64,000 nucleotides of DNA from Candidatus Eiseniibacteriota bacterium (lineage in GTDB: Bacteria; Eisenbacteria; RBG-16-71-46; CAIMUX01; VGJL01). Under the pieces are notes generated by a model. That model searched no databases and was not told where the DNA came from. It saw only the letters and a program-made list of their open reading frames with translations. The stretch covers positions 1,312,001-1,376,000 of the forward strand of contig CAWBWI010000001.1 in the NCBI GenBank assembly GCA_963792585.1, in the 5' to 3' direction. The position numbers were made by a program, and so were the translations under genes. Positions 49,249-59,123 of this stretch are shown here, piece after piece; the stretch's first letter is position 1; every line of letters begins with the position of its first letter.

Positions 49249-52200
49249 CTAGCGTAGCAGTGTAAGGGTCCGCGTGGCCTGCCTGCCGGTCCAATCGAGT
49301 CGCACGTAGTAGATCCCGCTGGCGAGCGGGCGGCCGTCGTCGTTGCGACCATCCCACACGATCGTCTGGCGACCCGCCGGAAGGACGCGATCGACGAGGA
49401 CCCGAACGCGGCGACCGGCCGGGTCGAAGATCCGGACTCGCACCTCACCCGCCCGGGGGAGATCGAAACGCAGCGTCGCCGTGTCACGAACCGGGTTGGG
49501 CGCGACCGGGAAGAAGGCGAACTGCAGCCGAACTGCCGCGGTCGCGACGACCGGCCCGAACGTGGACATCCCGCCACCCGGAAGTAGCGCCCCGATCTTG
49601 TATGAGTATGTCTCCCCTGGCTCGGCGGAGCCGTCACTGTATTCCCACGGTCCCCGTCCGGGTACCGGCTCCGAGGAGTTGAGAACCTCGTAGGCGTCCT
49701 CGGCGGCGTCCGCACCGGGCGCGCGCATGATCAGGAACCCGTCGAAGCTGGCATCCGGAACCTGCCAGGCAATCCGAATTCCGTCCTCCGACGGCGTGGC
49801 CTCGAGAGCTGTCAAGTCGATCGGGGTCAACGTCTCGCGCAGGAAGAAACCAGCCGGGTTCTTGAGGGACCCTCCGCCGACAACCAATCGGAACTCTCCC
49901 TGGTCATATCTGAACACGGCACCCTGTGCGGTTCCGAGCCGGTAGGGGTCCGCATCCATGTCGGTGACCATCAAGTGCCCCGCGGAGTCGAACTGAAGGT
50001 GGCTGAGTGCCCGGAACGTTCTCGAACTGCCCAGGACGGAGACGTTTCCAAAGGGGTCGACCTTGAAAACGGTGCCGCGGGCACTGGAGCCCGGGTATGG
50101 CTGCACGTCGCGGTCCGCAACATAGAGCATCCCATCGGGACCTACAGCACCCGCAACCGGTCCTCGAAAATCAGCAGAGGTCGCGTAGAGCGAGATCGTC
50201 CGCTGTGTGAGATCGAGTCGGAAGACCGCGCCGTTGCGCATGCCGAACCGCCCGGGATCGGCGTCCTGATCGATGATGAAGGCCCCACCCTGTCCATCGA
50301 GGACGATGTCGCGGGGCGCCACGAGCACGGTGTCGGTCGCGAATGGCGTGACCTCCCCAGCCGGCATCGACACATGGAAGACACCGCCCCGGATGTTGCC
50401 GGAGGCGCCTCCGAACGGGTTGGCCGTCGCATCGAGGATGAGGATCTCGCGATTGCTCAACACGACCGCGGCCAGCGGCTGTCGGAAGCTGGGGCTCGCC
50501 GCCGCTACCGAAACGTCGCTCGTGACGGGGTCCCAACGCCAGAGGCACCCCTGCGCGGGGAGCGGATAGTGCCTTGGGTTGGCGACGGCGTCGAGAATCA
50601 GCAATTCGGGGGGCTCCGTCGGGAGAGAAATGCAGGACACGGGCTGACTCGTCGAATCGGTTACGACCATCGCCGTCGTGAGCGAGTTGACCAGGCTGAT
50701 CTTGAACACGTTGCCCGGATTCCCACCGAATCGGAACGGATCCGCATCGGTGTCGGCGACGTACATGCAGCCTTCCTCGAAGTAGATCGGCAATCGAATC
50801 GAAACGCGACGGACACGATGGACCCCTTCCCGGGAGCGAAGATGAGAACGGAGGGCGAGAGCCGTTCCCTGCGGCGCGCCGGCACGCAGTCGCGTTCGAT
50901 AGGAGGCCTGGTACGAACTCCCCGGCGGCAGATCGACGACCCAGCTGACCGTGTTCGCGTTCTCGGTGGTCTGGATGATGCCGGCCTCGGCGTGCAGCGA
51001 GACACGGTCGAGCGAGGCGATGAGCGGGATCGTGTCGAGGTACGCCGCCGCGAGGGTGGCGATGGGGCCGGGATTCCCGACCCGCGCGGTGATCAGTAAC
51101 TCGTCCCCCGGCTGCAGGGGCTCGCCGTTCACGTCCTCGATCGTGTAGCTCGCAAGTCGCGGGTTGGGTCCGGGGAAGGAATACAGGCGCAACGGAGTGA
51201 CGTACTGACTCGAGGAAGCGATGGCATCCACGTGACCCGTCTCCGGATCCCAGCGGAAGAGGGTCCGGGGACTGCCGGGCTTCGACTCATCGCGGGCGAG
51301 CATGTCGACGATCCAGAGTTCGCCGCTCGGAGCGAAGGTCGCGCTTCTCGGGAGCCGGAAACGAAGATCCGCCACGGCGATCTTGTGCGTGTTCTGATCG
51401 GGATCGACCTGGAAGACGAGCCCTTGGCCGCCGGCGACGAATCGCGCGGCCTGATCGACGACGAGCAGACCCTCCCCCGGCCAATTCACGATTCCGATCG
51501 GCGCCAGGAAATCCGTGAACTGCACGGTTCGGACGACCGCGCCGGTCGCCGGATCGATTTGGAAGATGGCGCCACGGCCGGCTTCCGTAGGCCCATTTGG
51601 ATCGACGGCGCTATCCACCACCCAGTAGCGTCCCGCGTCGTCCTGCGCGATTTGAGTGGGCCGCGTGAGGGTCGTGTCCGCGGAGAACAGATCGAGGGTC
51701 GAGCTGCCCTGCCGCTTGATGAAGATCGCGGCGTGGGCCGGCTGTCCCACCTCGAGTCTCGCACTGGAGTCGATCACGAGCAGGTCCTGAGCATTTGTCC
51801 AGAAGAGGTCGATCGGGTTGCCGAGTCGTTCGTCGACGACGTAGGGGGTCGTGGTGCCGCGAAGATAGTCGACCTCCATGACCTGACCAGGTTCGAACCC
51901 TCGCGGATCTGCGACGAGCATTCTCCCCGCGTCGAGCTCGACCATTGCCGTCGGATCGACCCAAGTCGAGTCGGCCAGAAGCAGTTGATCGAATCGGCTG
52001 AGCTGGTTGTCCAGCAGGAAGAGCGCTCCATCCTGGTGACCGGTATGATTGGGATCCGCGTTGGCGTCGGTGAGCACCATCGCGCTTGTTCCCAGCGGAC
52101 CCACGACACGAATGGTCGCGGAGATCGGCGGCACGCCCGGTGGGCCGCTCACCCGGAGGACGCCGCTCACGGGGTCGCCGAAGGCGTGGCCCGGGAGCAC

Positions 52201-54861
52201 GCGCGCGAAGACATCGATACGCACCGTGTCGCCGGCCTCGACGCTTCCGAGCCAGGAGACGGCGCGGATGGGCGGGTCGACGATCACCCCGCCCGGCCCG
52301 GTGCCGCTCAGGAGTTCCACACCCGTGGAAAGGGTGATCGTCGCCATCGCCTCGGGGACCGACGTCTTGCCGGAGTTCCGGATCCTCGCTTCGAACCGGA
52401 TGGTGTCGCCCGCGCCCGTGGGCGTACCGCCGATGTCGACGACGCTCAGCGAACTGAGTGAGAGGCTCCCCTCCTCGAATCCCGCCACCGCCTCGGGGCT
52501 GTAGAGGAGCGGGTCGGCGGTCACGATCGTCGGCACGGTGAGATTCGGCTGGGCCTTGAAGACCGCTCCCCGGTCGCGCGGCGAGAGGTTGAACGGATTG
52601 GCATCGCGGTCGGTGATGATCAGCGATCCGTCGCGTTGCGGGTAGACGTCGGTGGGGTCGACGAGCACCGAGTCGGCCACGACGGTAAGGAACTCGTCGT
52701 CCGCCTCGCGGCGGATCTCGAAGACCGCTCCTGTGTTCCGATGTAGCCCCAACGGGTCGGCGCTCACGTCGGCGACGAATAGCCGACGCGCCGATCCTTC
52801 GGCGACGGCGACGGGGTCGACGAACTTCCCCGGGGGCACGTCGATGATGCGGAATCGTTCCTGCTCGCGGTCGTACTCGAACAATGCGCCGCCGTGCGGG
52901 TTCTGCCCGAACGGGTCGGCCTCGAAATCCACGATCATGATCTCGCCCGTCGTCTCCACGATCGCGTCGACCGGCTCTCGGAAGAAGGGGCTGGAGACGA
53001 TCAAGCTCAGGGCGCCCGTCCCTACGTCGAGAGAGAAGACGGCTCCCGGCTGTCCCGAGTAGCCGAGCGGGTTCGCATCCTTGTCGATCAAGAGCAGTTC
53101 GTGCTGTTCGCCCGCGGCCAAACCAAGCGGTGTGCGCAATTCCGGGTGATCGGCGACTGCGAGCAAGGTATCGACATGCCCGTTGAATGGATCGATGAGG
53201 AAGACCCCACCGCTCGGAGCATCAGGACCACGGGGTTGGCTTCGGCGATCCAGGACCGCGATTCTCCCGTCGGGCACGAAGCAGAGATCGGACGGTTGCA
53301 CGAGCGGAGGCCCGGAAAAGACGCGGGACGGGCGCACCGCCCCGGCGGGCATCTCCCAGATGATCCCTCGTGTCGACGTTCCCGCTGGCTCATAGTCCGC
53401 CCACACCACCCTTCCGGGTGATGAACGCCTCGCCACGGATTCGCTCAGTGTGAAGTCGACCTCCGCACGGTTGACCTTCAAGGTGACTCTCTCGCTCAGG
53501 CTCGTTCCCGCCGGCACGTTGCTCCGGAGCTTGATCTCGTAGCTGATGTCCACCTCGGCTTGGGATTCGATGTTGCCGGCCCAGCGGACGATGCGGGTCG
53601 AGGGGTCATAGCTGAAGCTCCCCGTCGCGGAGCTATCGGAGCCGATACGGTATTCCCAGTTTCCCCCCACGGAGTGCTCCAGGCGAACGGGCCTGCCGGC
53701 GAGACTCCCGGTGTTGCGGATCCTCGCGTGGACGCGCATTCGATCACCGGGCTGGAGCGGGGCGCCGTCGACATCCTCCCAACGGACCTGAGAGGAGTCG
53801 AGCGCAGTCCCGGCCACCTCGCTGATCCCCACGAGGGCTCGGAAGAACCCGGAGGTGTAGGTGTTCGTGACCTGACCGGTCGTGGGATCGCATTTGAAGA
53901 GCGCTCCCACAGCCGTTGGGTAGTTGGCCGGATTGGCTTGGTTGTCGACCACCCAAACGGCGCCGGCCGGATCGACGCTCATGTCGAACGGTTCGTTGAA
54001 GTCCGCCGGTGCGATGAGCGGATCGACGGCCAGCGAGCCGCGACGGACGCGGAAGACGCAGCCCGGCGCCCCCGCGTGTCCGCTGGGGTTCGCATTGCGG
54101 TCGAGGATCAGGTAGTCGCCGTTGCGATCCAGGGCTATCGCCCAAGGCGTGAGGAAGCCGCGGATCGAGAAGACGACGGAAACGTCGCCGGTCGTCATGT
54201 CCACACGAAAGAGCGCGCCCGGCGAGCCGCCGATCCCCAGCGGATCTGCGCGGACGTCCCAGATGAGAACCGATCCGTCCCGATCGAAGACCATCGAGCG
54301 CGGCTCGTCGAAGAGCGGGCTGGCGGCGATCAGGTTCACGAACGGGACATCGAGGCCTACCCGATAGAGAGCGCCGGGACGGTCGCCCCTGGCCAGTGGA
54401 TCCGCATCCGCGTCGAGGAGCAGGAGATTGCCGGAGGGCTCCTGCAGGATATCGATCGGGGCCTCCCACTGGTTGAAGTAGGCGAAGAGCGTCGCCCTGC
54501 CCGGGAGTTCGTCGTTCGGATCCACGACGAACATGGCGCCCTGGGCGCGACCGTTCTGTGTCGGGTCCGCGTTGGTGTCGACCACGATGATCCGCCCGTC
54601 GGCAAGAGCGAGGGAGGTCACCGGATCGACGAAGCCGGCAGGACTGGCCAGCAGCCGGATCGGAATGGCCGAAGTCGGGGCGGCGAGCATGATCGTTCCG
54701 CGGCCGTCCCCGTAGCCGAACGGGTCCGCAGTCCGGTCCGTGAGCATGAAGTTGCCGGCGCGCAGATCTACCGCGACCGCAAGGGCCGGGGCCATCGCGA
54801 CGAGGAGGGCGAGGAAGAGAATATGCGGGATCCCCGGACGGCGGGGACTCGGCAGTGCCAT
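49249..54861 (-). CDS. Giant secreted protein: repeated beta-propeller-like modules, DUF11-like Ig domains, C-terminal FlgD-Ig
   Basis: Signal peptide; many D..ADP.G...GA.F repeats; three PGD/AGD..(R/G)N.G Ig modules; PNP..WDGRNDDGRPLASGIY tail. Confidence 0.8.
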   Translation of the reverse strand: MALPSPRRPGIPHILFLALLVAMAPALAVAVDLRAGNFMLTDRTADPFGYGDGRGTIMLAAPTSAIPIRLLASPAGFVDPVTSLALADGRIIVVDTNADPTQNGRAQGAMFVVDPNDELPGRATLFAYFNQWEAPIDILQEPSGNLLLLDADADPLARGDRPGALYRVGLDVPFVNLIAASPLFDEPRSMVFDRDGSVLIWDVRADPLGIGGSPGALFRVDMTTGDVSVVFSIRGFLTPWAIALDRNGDYLILDRNANPSGHAGAPGCVFRVRRGSLAVDPLIAPADFNEPFDMSVDPAGAVWVVDNQANPANYPTAVGALFKCDPTTGQVTNTYTSGFFRALVGISEVAGTALDSSQVRWEDVDGAPLQPGDRMRVHARIRNTGSLAGRPVRLEHSVGGNWEYRIGSDSSATGSFSYDPSTRIVRWAGNIESQAEVDISYEIKLRSNVPAGTSLSERVTLKVNRAEVDFTLSESVARRSSPGRVVWADYEPAGTSTRGIIWEMPAGAVRPSRVFSGPPLVQPSDLCFVPDGRIAVLDRRSQPRGPDAPSGGVFLIDPFNGHVDTLLAVADHPELRTPLGLAAGEQHELLLIDKDANPLGYSGQPGAVFSLDVGTGALSLIVSSPFFREPVDAIVETTGEIMIVDFEADPFGQNPHGGALFEYDREQERFRIIDVPPGKFVDPVAVAEGSARRLFVADVSADPLGLHRNTGAVFEIRREADDEFLTVVADSVLVDPTDVYPQRDGSLIITDRDANPFNLSPRDRGAVFKAQPNLTVPTIVTADPLLYSPEAVAGFEEGSLSLSSLSVVDIGGTPTGAGDTIRFEARIRNSGKTSVPEAMATITLSTGVELLSGTGPGGVIVDPPIRAVSWLGSVEAGDTVRIDVFARVLPGHAFGDPVSGVLRVSGPPGVPPISATIRVVGPLGTSAMVLTDANADPNHTGHQDGALFLLDNQLSRFDQLLLADSTWVDPTAMVELDAGRMLVADPRGFEPGQVMEVDYLRGTTTPYVVDERLGNPIDLFWTNAQDLLVIDSSARLEVGQPAHAAIFIKRQGSSTLDLFSADTTLTRPTQIAQDDAGRYWVVDSAVDPNGPTEAGRGAIFQIDPATGAVVRTVQFTDFLAPIGIVNWPGEGLLVVDQAARFVAGGQGLVFQVDPDQNTHKIAVADLRFRLPRSATFAPSGELWIVDMLARDESKPGSPRTLFRWDPETGHVDAIASSSQYVTPLRLYSFPGPNPRLASYTIEDVNGEPLQPGDELLITARVGNPGPIATLAAAYLDTIPLIASLDRVSLHAEAGIIQTTENANTVSWVVDLPPGSSYQASYRTRLRAGAPQGTALALRSHLRSREGVHRVRRVSIRLPIYFEEGCMYVADTDADPFRFGGNPGNVFKISLVNSLTTAMVVTDSTSQPVSCISLPTEPPELLILDAVANPRHYPLPAQGCLWRWDPVTSDVSVAAASPSFRQPLAAVVLSNREILILDATANPFGGASGNIRGGVFHVSMPAGEVTPFATDTVLVAPRDIVLDGQGGAFIIDQDADPGRFGMRNGAVFRLDLTQRTISLYATSADFRGPVAGAVGPDGMLYVADRDVQPYPGSSARGTVFKVDPFGNVSVLGSSRTFRALSHLQFDSAGHLMVTDMDADPYRLGTAQGAVFRYDQGEFRLVVGGGSLKNPAGFFLRETLTPIDLTALEATPSEDGIRIAWQVPDASFDGFLIMRAPGADAAEDAYEVLNSSEPVPGRGPWEYSDGSAEPGETYSYKIGALLPGGGMSTFGPVVATAAVRLQFAFFPVAPNPVRDTATLRFDLPRAGEVRVRIFDPAGRRVRVLVDRVLPAGRQTIVWDGRNDDGRPLASGIYYVRLDWTGRQATRTLTLLR

Positions 54862-54994
54862 GGTCACTCCCCGAACGTGTGGTCGACAGGAGGCCCGTTC
54901 CTGGCCCCCCCAAATGATCGGCGCGACCAACTCATTGGCTGAGGCCTAAGTCCCCCTTCCGGCCCCCCCATCTTGGGCGCGCCTACGATCCCCG

Positions 54995-57235
54995 TCAAGG
55001 GAGGCGCACGCAGAGAATGGTCATGTCGTCCTGGAATTCCCCCGCCCCCGTGAAGGCCAGGACCTCGTCCCGGACCCGTCCCACGATGGCCTGGGAGCAG
55101 CACTCCTCCTTGCGCGCCAGGAGGTCGCTGAGGCGCCATTCCCCGAATTCCTCCCCGGAACCGTCTCGCGCCTCCGTCACGCCGTCCGTGTAGAGCAAAA
55201 GCGTATCCCCCGGGCCGATATCGAGGATTCGCTCGGGGTACAGCATCGTATCGTCGATCCCCAGGACCAGTTCCGAGTCGTCCAGAAACCGGGGCGCCCC
55301 CTGCGCGGGGGCCAGGATCGGATAGTTGTGCCCCGCGTTGCAGTAGGTCAGCCGCCCCTTCGCGGGATCGAGATGCGCCAGGAACAAGGTCACGAACTGC
55401 TCCACCGAGGTGGACTCCACGATCATCGCGTTGACGCGCTCCACGACCCGCCCCACCGGGCTGCCGTCGCGCATCAGCGTCCGCAAGGAAGCCTGGAGCA
55501 TGCTCGCCAGAAGGGCCGCAGGGACTCCCTTGCCGGACACATCCGCGATCGCGAGCGCGAAGCCGCCCCCCTTCACCGCGAAGAAGTCGTAGTAGTCGCC
55601 ACCGACTTGCTTGCTCGGCAGGTTGAGGCCATGAACGTCGACCGGCAGATCGCTCGGGAAATGGGAAGGCAGGAAGTTCTGCTGGATCTTCCTCGCGAGC
55701 GCAAGTTCCTCCTCGAGCACCGCCTTTCCCAGAGTTTGCTGGTAGAGGAGGCTGTTCTTGAGGGCGACGCCGGCCTGGCTCGCCAGCGAGGTCAGGATCG
55801 ACACTTCCTCCCCGCTGTAGCGCATGCCCGAGATCTTCGGGCCGAATAGCAGCAACCCCAGCCTCTCGCCGCCGTGCTGCAACTCATACGTGAGCTGGGG
55901 CGCATGGCTTCGCGCGAGGGATTCGGCCTCCCGCCTCTCGCGTCCCGATCGAACGGCCGCTTCCACCCACTCGCCGCGGAGATAGGGTCCCCCCAGCGAT
56001 GGGGATTCCGGAAGATGTCCCGAGACGTCCGCCAGCCAGGCAAGCGCCGTGGGATCGATCCCCCGCGCCGCGACGGTCCGGTACTCCCCGACCTCCCGCC
56101 CGGTCCGCAGACAGAGGAGAATCGCCGCGCCGCTGGCGGCGATCGACTCGGGGATCTCGCGCACCATGCCGTCGGCGAGCGCGTCGAAGTTGAGCGTGGA
56201 ACTCATCTCCTGGGAGAGCCGTCCTACCACGCTCCTCAGCTCGCGCCGCCCTCTCAGGATCCATCCCTCCAGCCCCTCTTCGAGTCGGGCCATGACCGGC
56301 TGGAAGAGAACGAGCGGCACCACCAAGGCGACCCAGTCGAGGGCGCCCGGAGGGAGATGGAGCGGCGCGGCGAGGCTGCGGTTGAGCTGGCGGATGATCT
56401 GGAGATAGATGCCGACCAAGCCGGCGCTCGCGGCCGCGTAGAGGATCGTGCGGCGCACGATCCACCGCGCATCCAGGAAACGGTAGCGGACGATCGCATA
56501 CGCGATCGTCCCCGAGCATATGACGAGCGCTCCCACGGTCATCGTCGTCGAGACCGTATCGCGCAGTTTCATGTCGAGGAGCACGTTCAGCGGAACGCCG
56601 ACGCTGTAGAGGATGACGCCGATCCCCATCCCCACGAGGATCACCTGAAGCTGCGTGCGAACGGCGGAGTTGGTCGCGCGACTCCGATTGCGCGCGATGA
56701 GAAAAACGGAGATGCCGACGTAGGAGAGGTTGACGAGGGAGAAAAGATAGCGGTGCCAGGTGAAGAATTCACGAAGCAGGACCCGGATCAGGTCGATCAG
56801 CCCCCCGAGCAGCGGCAGCCGTACACCCAGCTTCTCCAGACCGAAGCTCGCTCCCCAAATCGTCGCGGAGAACATGAGGATGAAGTGGATCGTGTGGGGG
56901 ACGTAGACCAGGAATTCTCCCCAGCTATGCCGGCGCAGAAGCGAGATCTCTCTCGGAAACGTGGCGGCGAATAGCAGGAGCGTCGGGAAGAAGAACTCCC
57001 AGAGATAGGCGAAATTCCCGGCAATCGTGGTCTGCGACGCCAAGCCCGCTGCCGGCCGTGCCGCCAGGAGCGATCCCGAACCGAGGACCGCCCCGATCCC
57101 CGCGAAGACGAGCATCAGCGAAGTCAACCGGTTCAGACGCGTCCCGGCGTTCTCTCGGAGAATCACGAGCCCGAGCAGGACCGTGAGAACGCCGATGAGA
57201 AGGTAGGCGGTTCCTAGGACCCTCGCGAAATCCAT
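54995..57235 (-). CDS. Multi-TM sensor with GAF-like and SpoIIE/PP2C phosphatase domains
   Basis: VGGDYYD, ADVSGKG, NAGH, YTDGVTE, DDMT. Confidence 0.9.
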   Translation of the reverse strand: MDFARVLGTAYLLIGVLTVLLGLVILRENAGTRLNRLTSLMLVFAGIGAVLGSGSLLAARPAAGLASQTTIAGNFAYLWEFFFPTLLLFAATFPREISLLRRHSWGEFLVYVPHTIHFILMFSATIWGASFGLEKLGVRLPLLGGLIDLIRVLLREFFTWHRYLFSLVNLSYVGISVFLIARNRSRATNSAVRTQLQVILVGMGIGVILYSVGVPLNVLLDMKLRDTVSTTMTVGALVICSGTIAYAIVRYRFLDARWIVRRTILYAAASAGLVGIYLQIIRQLNRSLAAPLHLPPGALDWVALVVPLVLFQPVMARLEEGLEGWILRGRRELRSVVGRLSQEMSSTLNFDALADGMVREIPESIAASGAAILLCLRTGREVGEYRTVAARGIDPTALAWLADVSGHLPESPSLGGPYLRGEWVEAAVRSGRERREAESLARSHAPQLTYELQHGGERLGLLLFGPKISGMRYSGEEVSILTSLASQAGVALKNSLLYQQTLGKAVLEEELALARKIQQNFLPSHFPSDLPVDVHGLNLPSKQVGGDYYDFFAVKGGGFALAIADVSGKGVPAALLASMLQASLRTLMRDGSPVGRVVERVNAMIVESTSVEQFVTLFLAHLDPAKGRLTYCNAGHNYPILAPAQGAPRFLDDSELVLGIDDTMLYPERILDIGPGDTLLLYTDGVTEARDGSGEEFGEWRLSDLLARKEECCSQAIVGRVRDEVLAFTGAGEFQDDMTILCVRLP

Positions 57236-57306
57236 CGTGTCGAGCGACCCTCCCGGCTCCGTTCGCAACCCTACGTGCGGGCCCCGGCCAGGGTTCCCGA
57301 TGCCGG

Positions 57307-57780
57307 CTATTCGGCGGGTTCCTCTTCCGAAGCCTCGCCCGGAGGAGCGATCCCTGGCAGGGACAGGAGTTCGACCGCGCGGCTGACCAGACGTTCGGCG
57401 GCATCGAGGATCACACGCGTGTCCTTGCGGCCGCATCGGGCGCCCTCTTGGACGAGGTCCTTCTGATCCTTCGCGATCTTGAGCAGCTCGATCAGGTCGG
57501 GTGCGACCGCGCCGGGGGTCACGAACAGCCGGTTCACGCCCGCAACGAGGCTATAGAGATTCGTATCACGATAGCCGCCTGAGAGCAGGAGGCTCTTCGA
57601 GCTTCGGTACATGGCAAAGTACGACTGGACGATCGTTTCCTCGAAGCGGCCATCTCGAAAGCAGGAGCGGGCCTTGTCGAGTTCCGCAAGGGCAGTCGTG
57701 ATTTCCTTGACGAGAGTATCCTCGGGGGTCTCGACCGGTTTGAGACGGCCGTTTCGGATGCATGCCTCGAACGCATCCAC
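57307..57780 (-). CDS. HEPN-fold (UPF0332-like) protein, probably degenerate
   Basis: SYFAMY..K.LL...G pattern; no evident Rx4-6H. Confidence 0.6.
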   Translation of the reverse strand: MDAFEACIRNGRLKPVETPEDTLVKEITTALAELDKARSCFRDGRFEETIVQSYFAMYRSSKSLLLSGGYRDTNLYSLVAGVNRLFVTPGAVAPDLIELLKIAKDQKDLVQEGARCGRKDTRVILDAAERLVSRAVELLSLPGIAPPGEASEEEPAE

Positions 57781-57969
57781 GCGATGGACTCCTCACCGGT
57801 CGCACAAGGCGACCGCGGTGTCCCAGTGCCGCCCCATTCCGCACCTGGGATGTAGTTGGGATCTCGGCTATGGCGCAGGTACCTCAGCGCCGCGTTGTAT
57901 TCGGATTTAACCACATATCCGCACGTGATGCAAAGGCCGACCTGGCCAGCTCGTCGCAGCCCGTCCCGT

Positions 57970-59103
57970 TCAGGCCAGTGCGCGATCGATATCCTCGACG
58001 AGATCCTCCAGATCCTCGATGCCAACGGACAGGCGCAGGAGACCGTCGCTCAGACCGCGGCGGAGGCGATCCTCCCGCGGAATGGACGCGTGCGTCATTG
58101 TCGCGGGGTGGCACAAGAGGCTCTCGACCCCCCCCAAGCTCTCGGCCAGCGCGAAAAGGTGCGTCCGCGACGCAACCCGCTTGGCCTCCTCCAGGTCATC
58201 GAGAACGAAGGAGACGATTCCTCCAAACCCGCTCGCCTGCCCTTTGCAGATCTCATGTCCCGGGTGCTCCGGCAGGCCGGGGTAAAGGACCTTGCGGACC
58301 TTTGCGTGGCCGGAAAGGTGGCGCGCAACCGCCATCGCATTCGTCTGATGCCGATCCATACGGAGCGCGAGGGTCTTGACCCCGCGCATCGCAAGCCAGC
58401 AATCGAAGGGGCCCGGGACCGAACCGATCGCATTCTGCAGGAATCCGAGCCGCTCCGCGAGGTCGTCCTTCCCGGTGATGACGAGCCCCCCCACCATGTC
58501 GCAGTGCCCGTTGAGGTATTTCGTGGTCGAGTGAAGGACCAGATCGGCCCCCAGCTCGAGGGGACGCTGGAAATAGGGGGTCAGGAACGTGTTGTCGACC
58601 ACCATCAGGAGCCCATCCCGGCGCGCGATCCCCGCGACCGCCCTGAGGTCGACGATCTGCATGAGGGGATTCGTCGGCGTCTCGGCATAGATCATCCGTG
58701 TGGTCGGCTTGCGCGCCGCCGCGATCCGTTCCGGATCCGCCATGTCGACGTAGGTGAAATCGAGTCCGAGGTCCCGGAAGACCCGCTCGAAGATCCGGTA
58801 AGTCCCGCCGTACATGTCGTCGGAGGCGATCACGTGGTCGCCGCTCTTGAGAAGGTGCAGGACCGTCGAAATCGCCGCCAGGCCCGAGGAGAACGCGAAG
58901 CCATGGCGTCCCTTCTCGAGCGCCGCGACGCAGTGCTCCCAAGCGAATCGGGTCGGATTCTGCGTGCGCGCGTACTCGAATCCCTTGTGCTTCCCGATCG
59001 CCTCCTGCACGTACGTCGAGGTCTGATAGATCGGCGTGCTCACGGCTCCGGTCGTTGGATCCGGCTCCTGCCCGGCATGAATCGCATCGGTCGAAAAACC
59101 CAT
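57970..59103 (-). CDS. Cystathionine gamma-lyase/synthase (PLP, MetB/Cys3 family)
   Basis: PIYQTSTY, ETPTNP, VDNTF, HSTTKY, AESLGGVESL, RLSVGIE. Confidence 0.93.
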   Translation of the reverse strand: MGFSTDAIHAGQEPDPTTGAVSTPIYQTSTYVQEAIGKHKGFEYARTQNPTRFAWEHCVAALEKGRHGFAFSSGLAAISTVLHLLKSGDHVIASDDMYGGTYRIFERVFRDLGLDFTYVDMADPERIAAARKPTTRMIYAETPTNPLMQIVDLRAVAGIARRDGLLMVVDNTFLTPYFQRPLELGADLVLHSTTKYLNGHCDMVGGLVITGKDDLAERLGFLQNAIGSVPGPFDCWLAMRGVKTLALRMDRHQTNAMAVARHLSGHAKVRKVLYPGLPEHPGHEICKGQASGFGGIVSFVLDDLEEAKRVASRTHLFALAESLGGVESLLCHPATMTHASIPREDRLRRGLSDGLLRLSVGIEDLEDLVEDIDRALA

Positions 59104-59123
59104 CGAAGGCTCTCCTTTCGCGC

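Noticed and set aside
57307..57780. HEPN-MNT toxin-antitoxin pair
   Set aside because: No adjacent nucleotidyltransferase and no evident catalytic motif.
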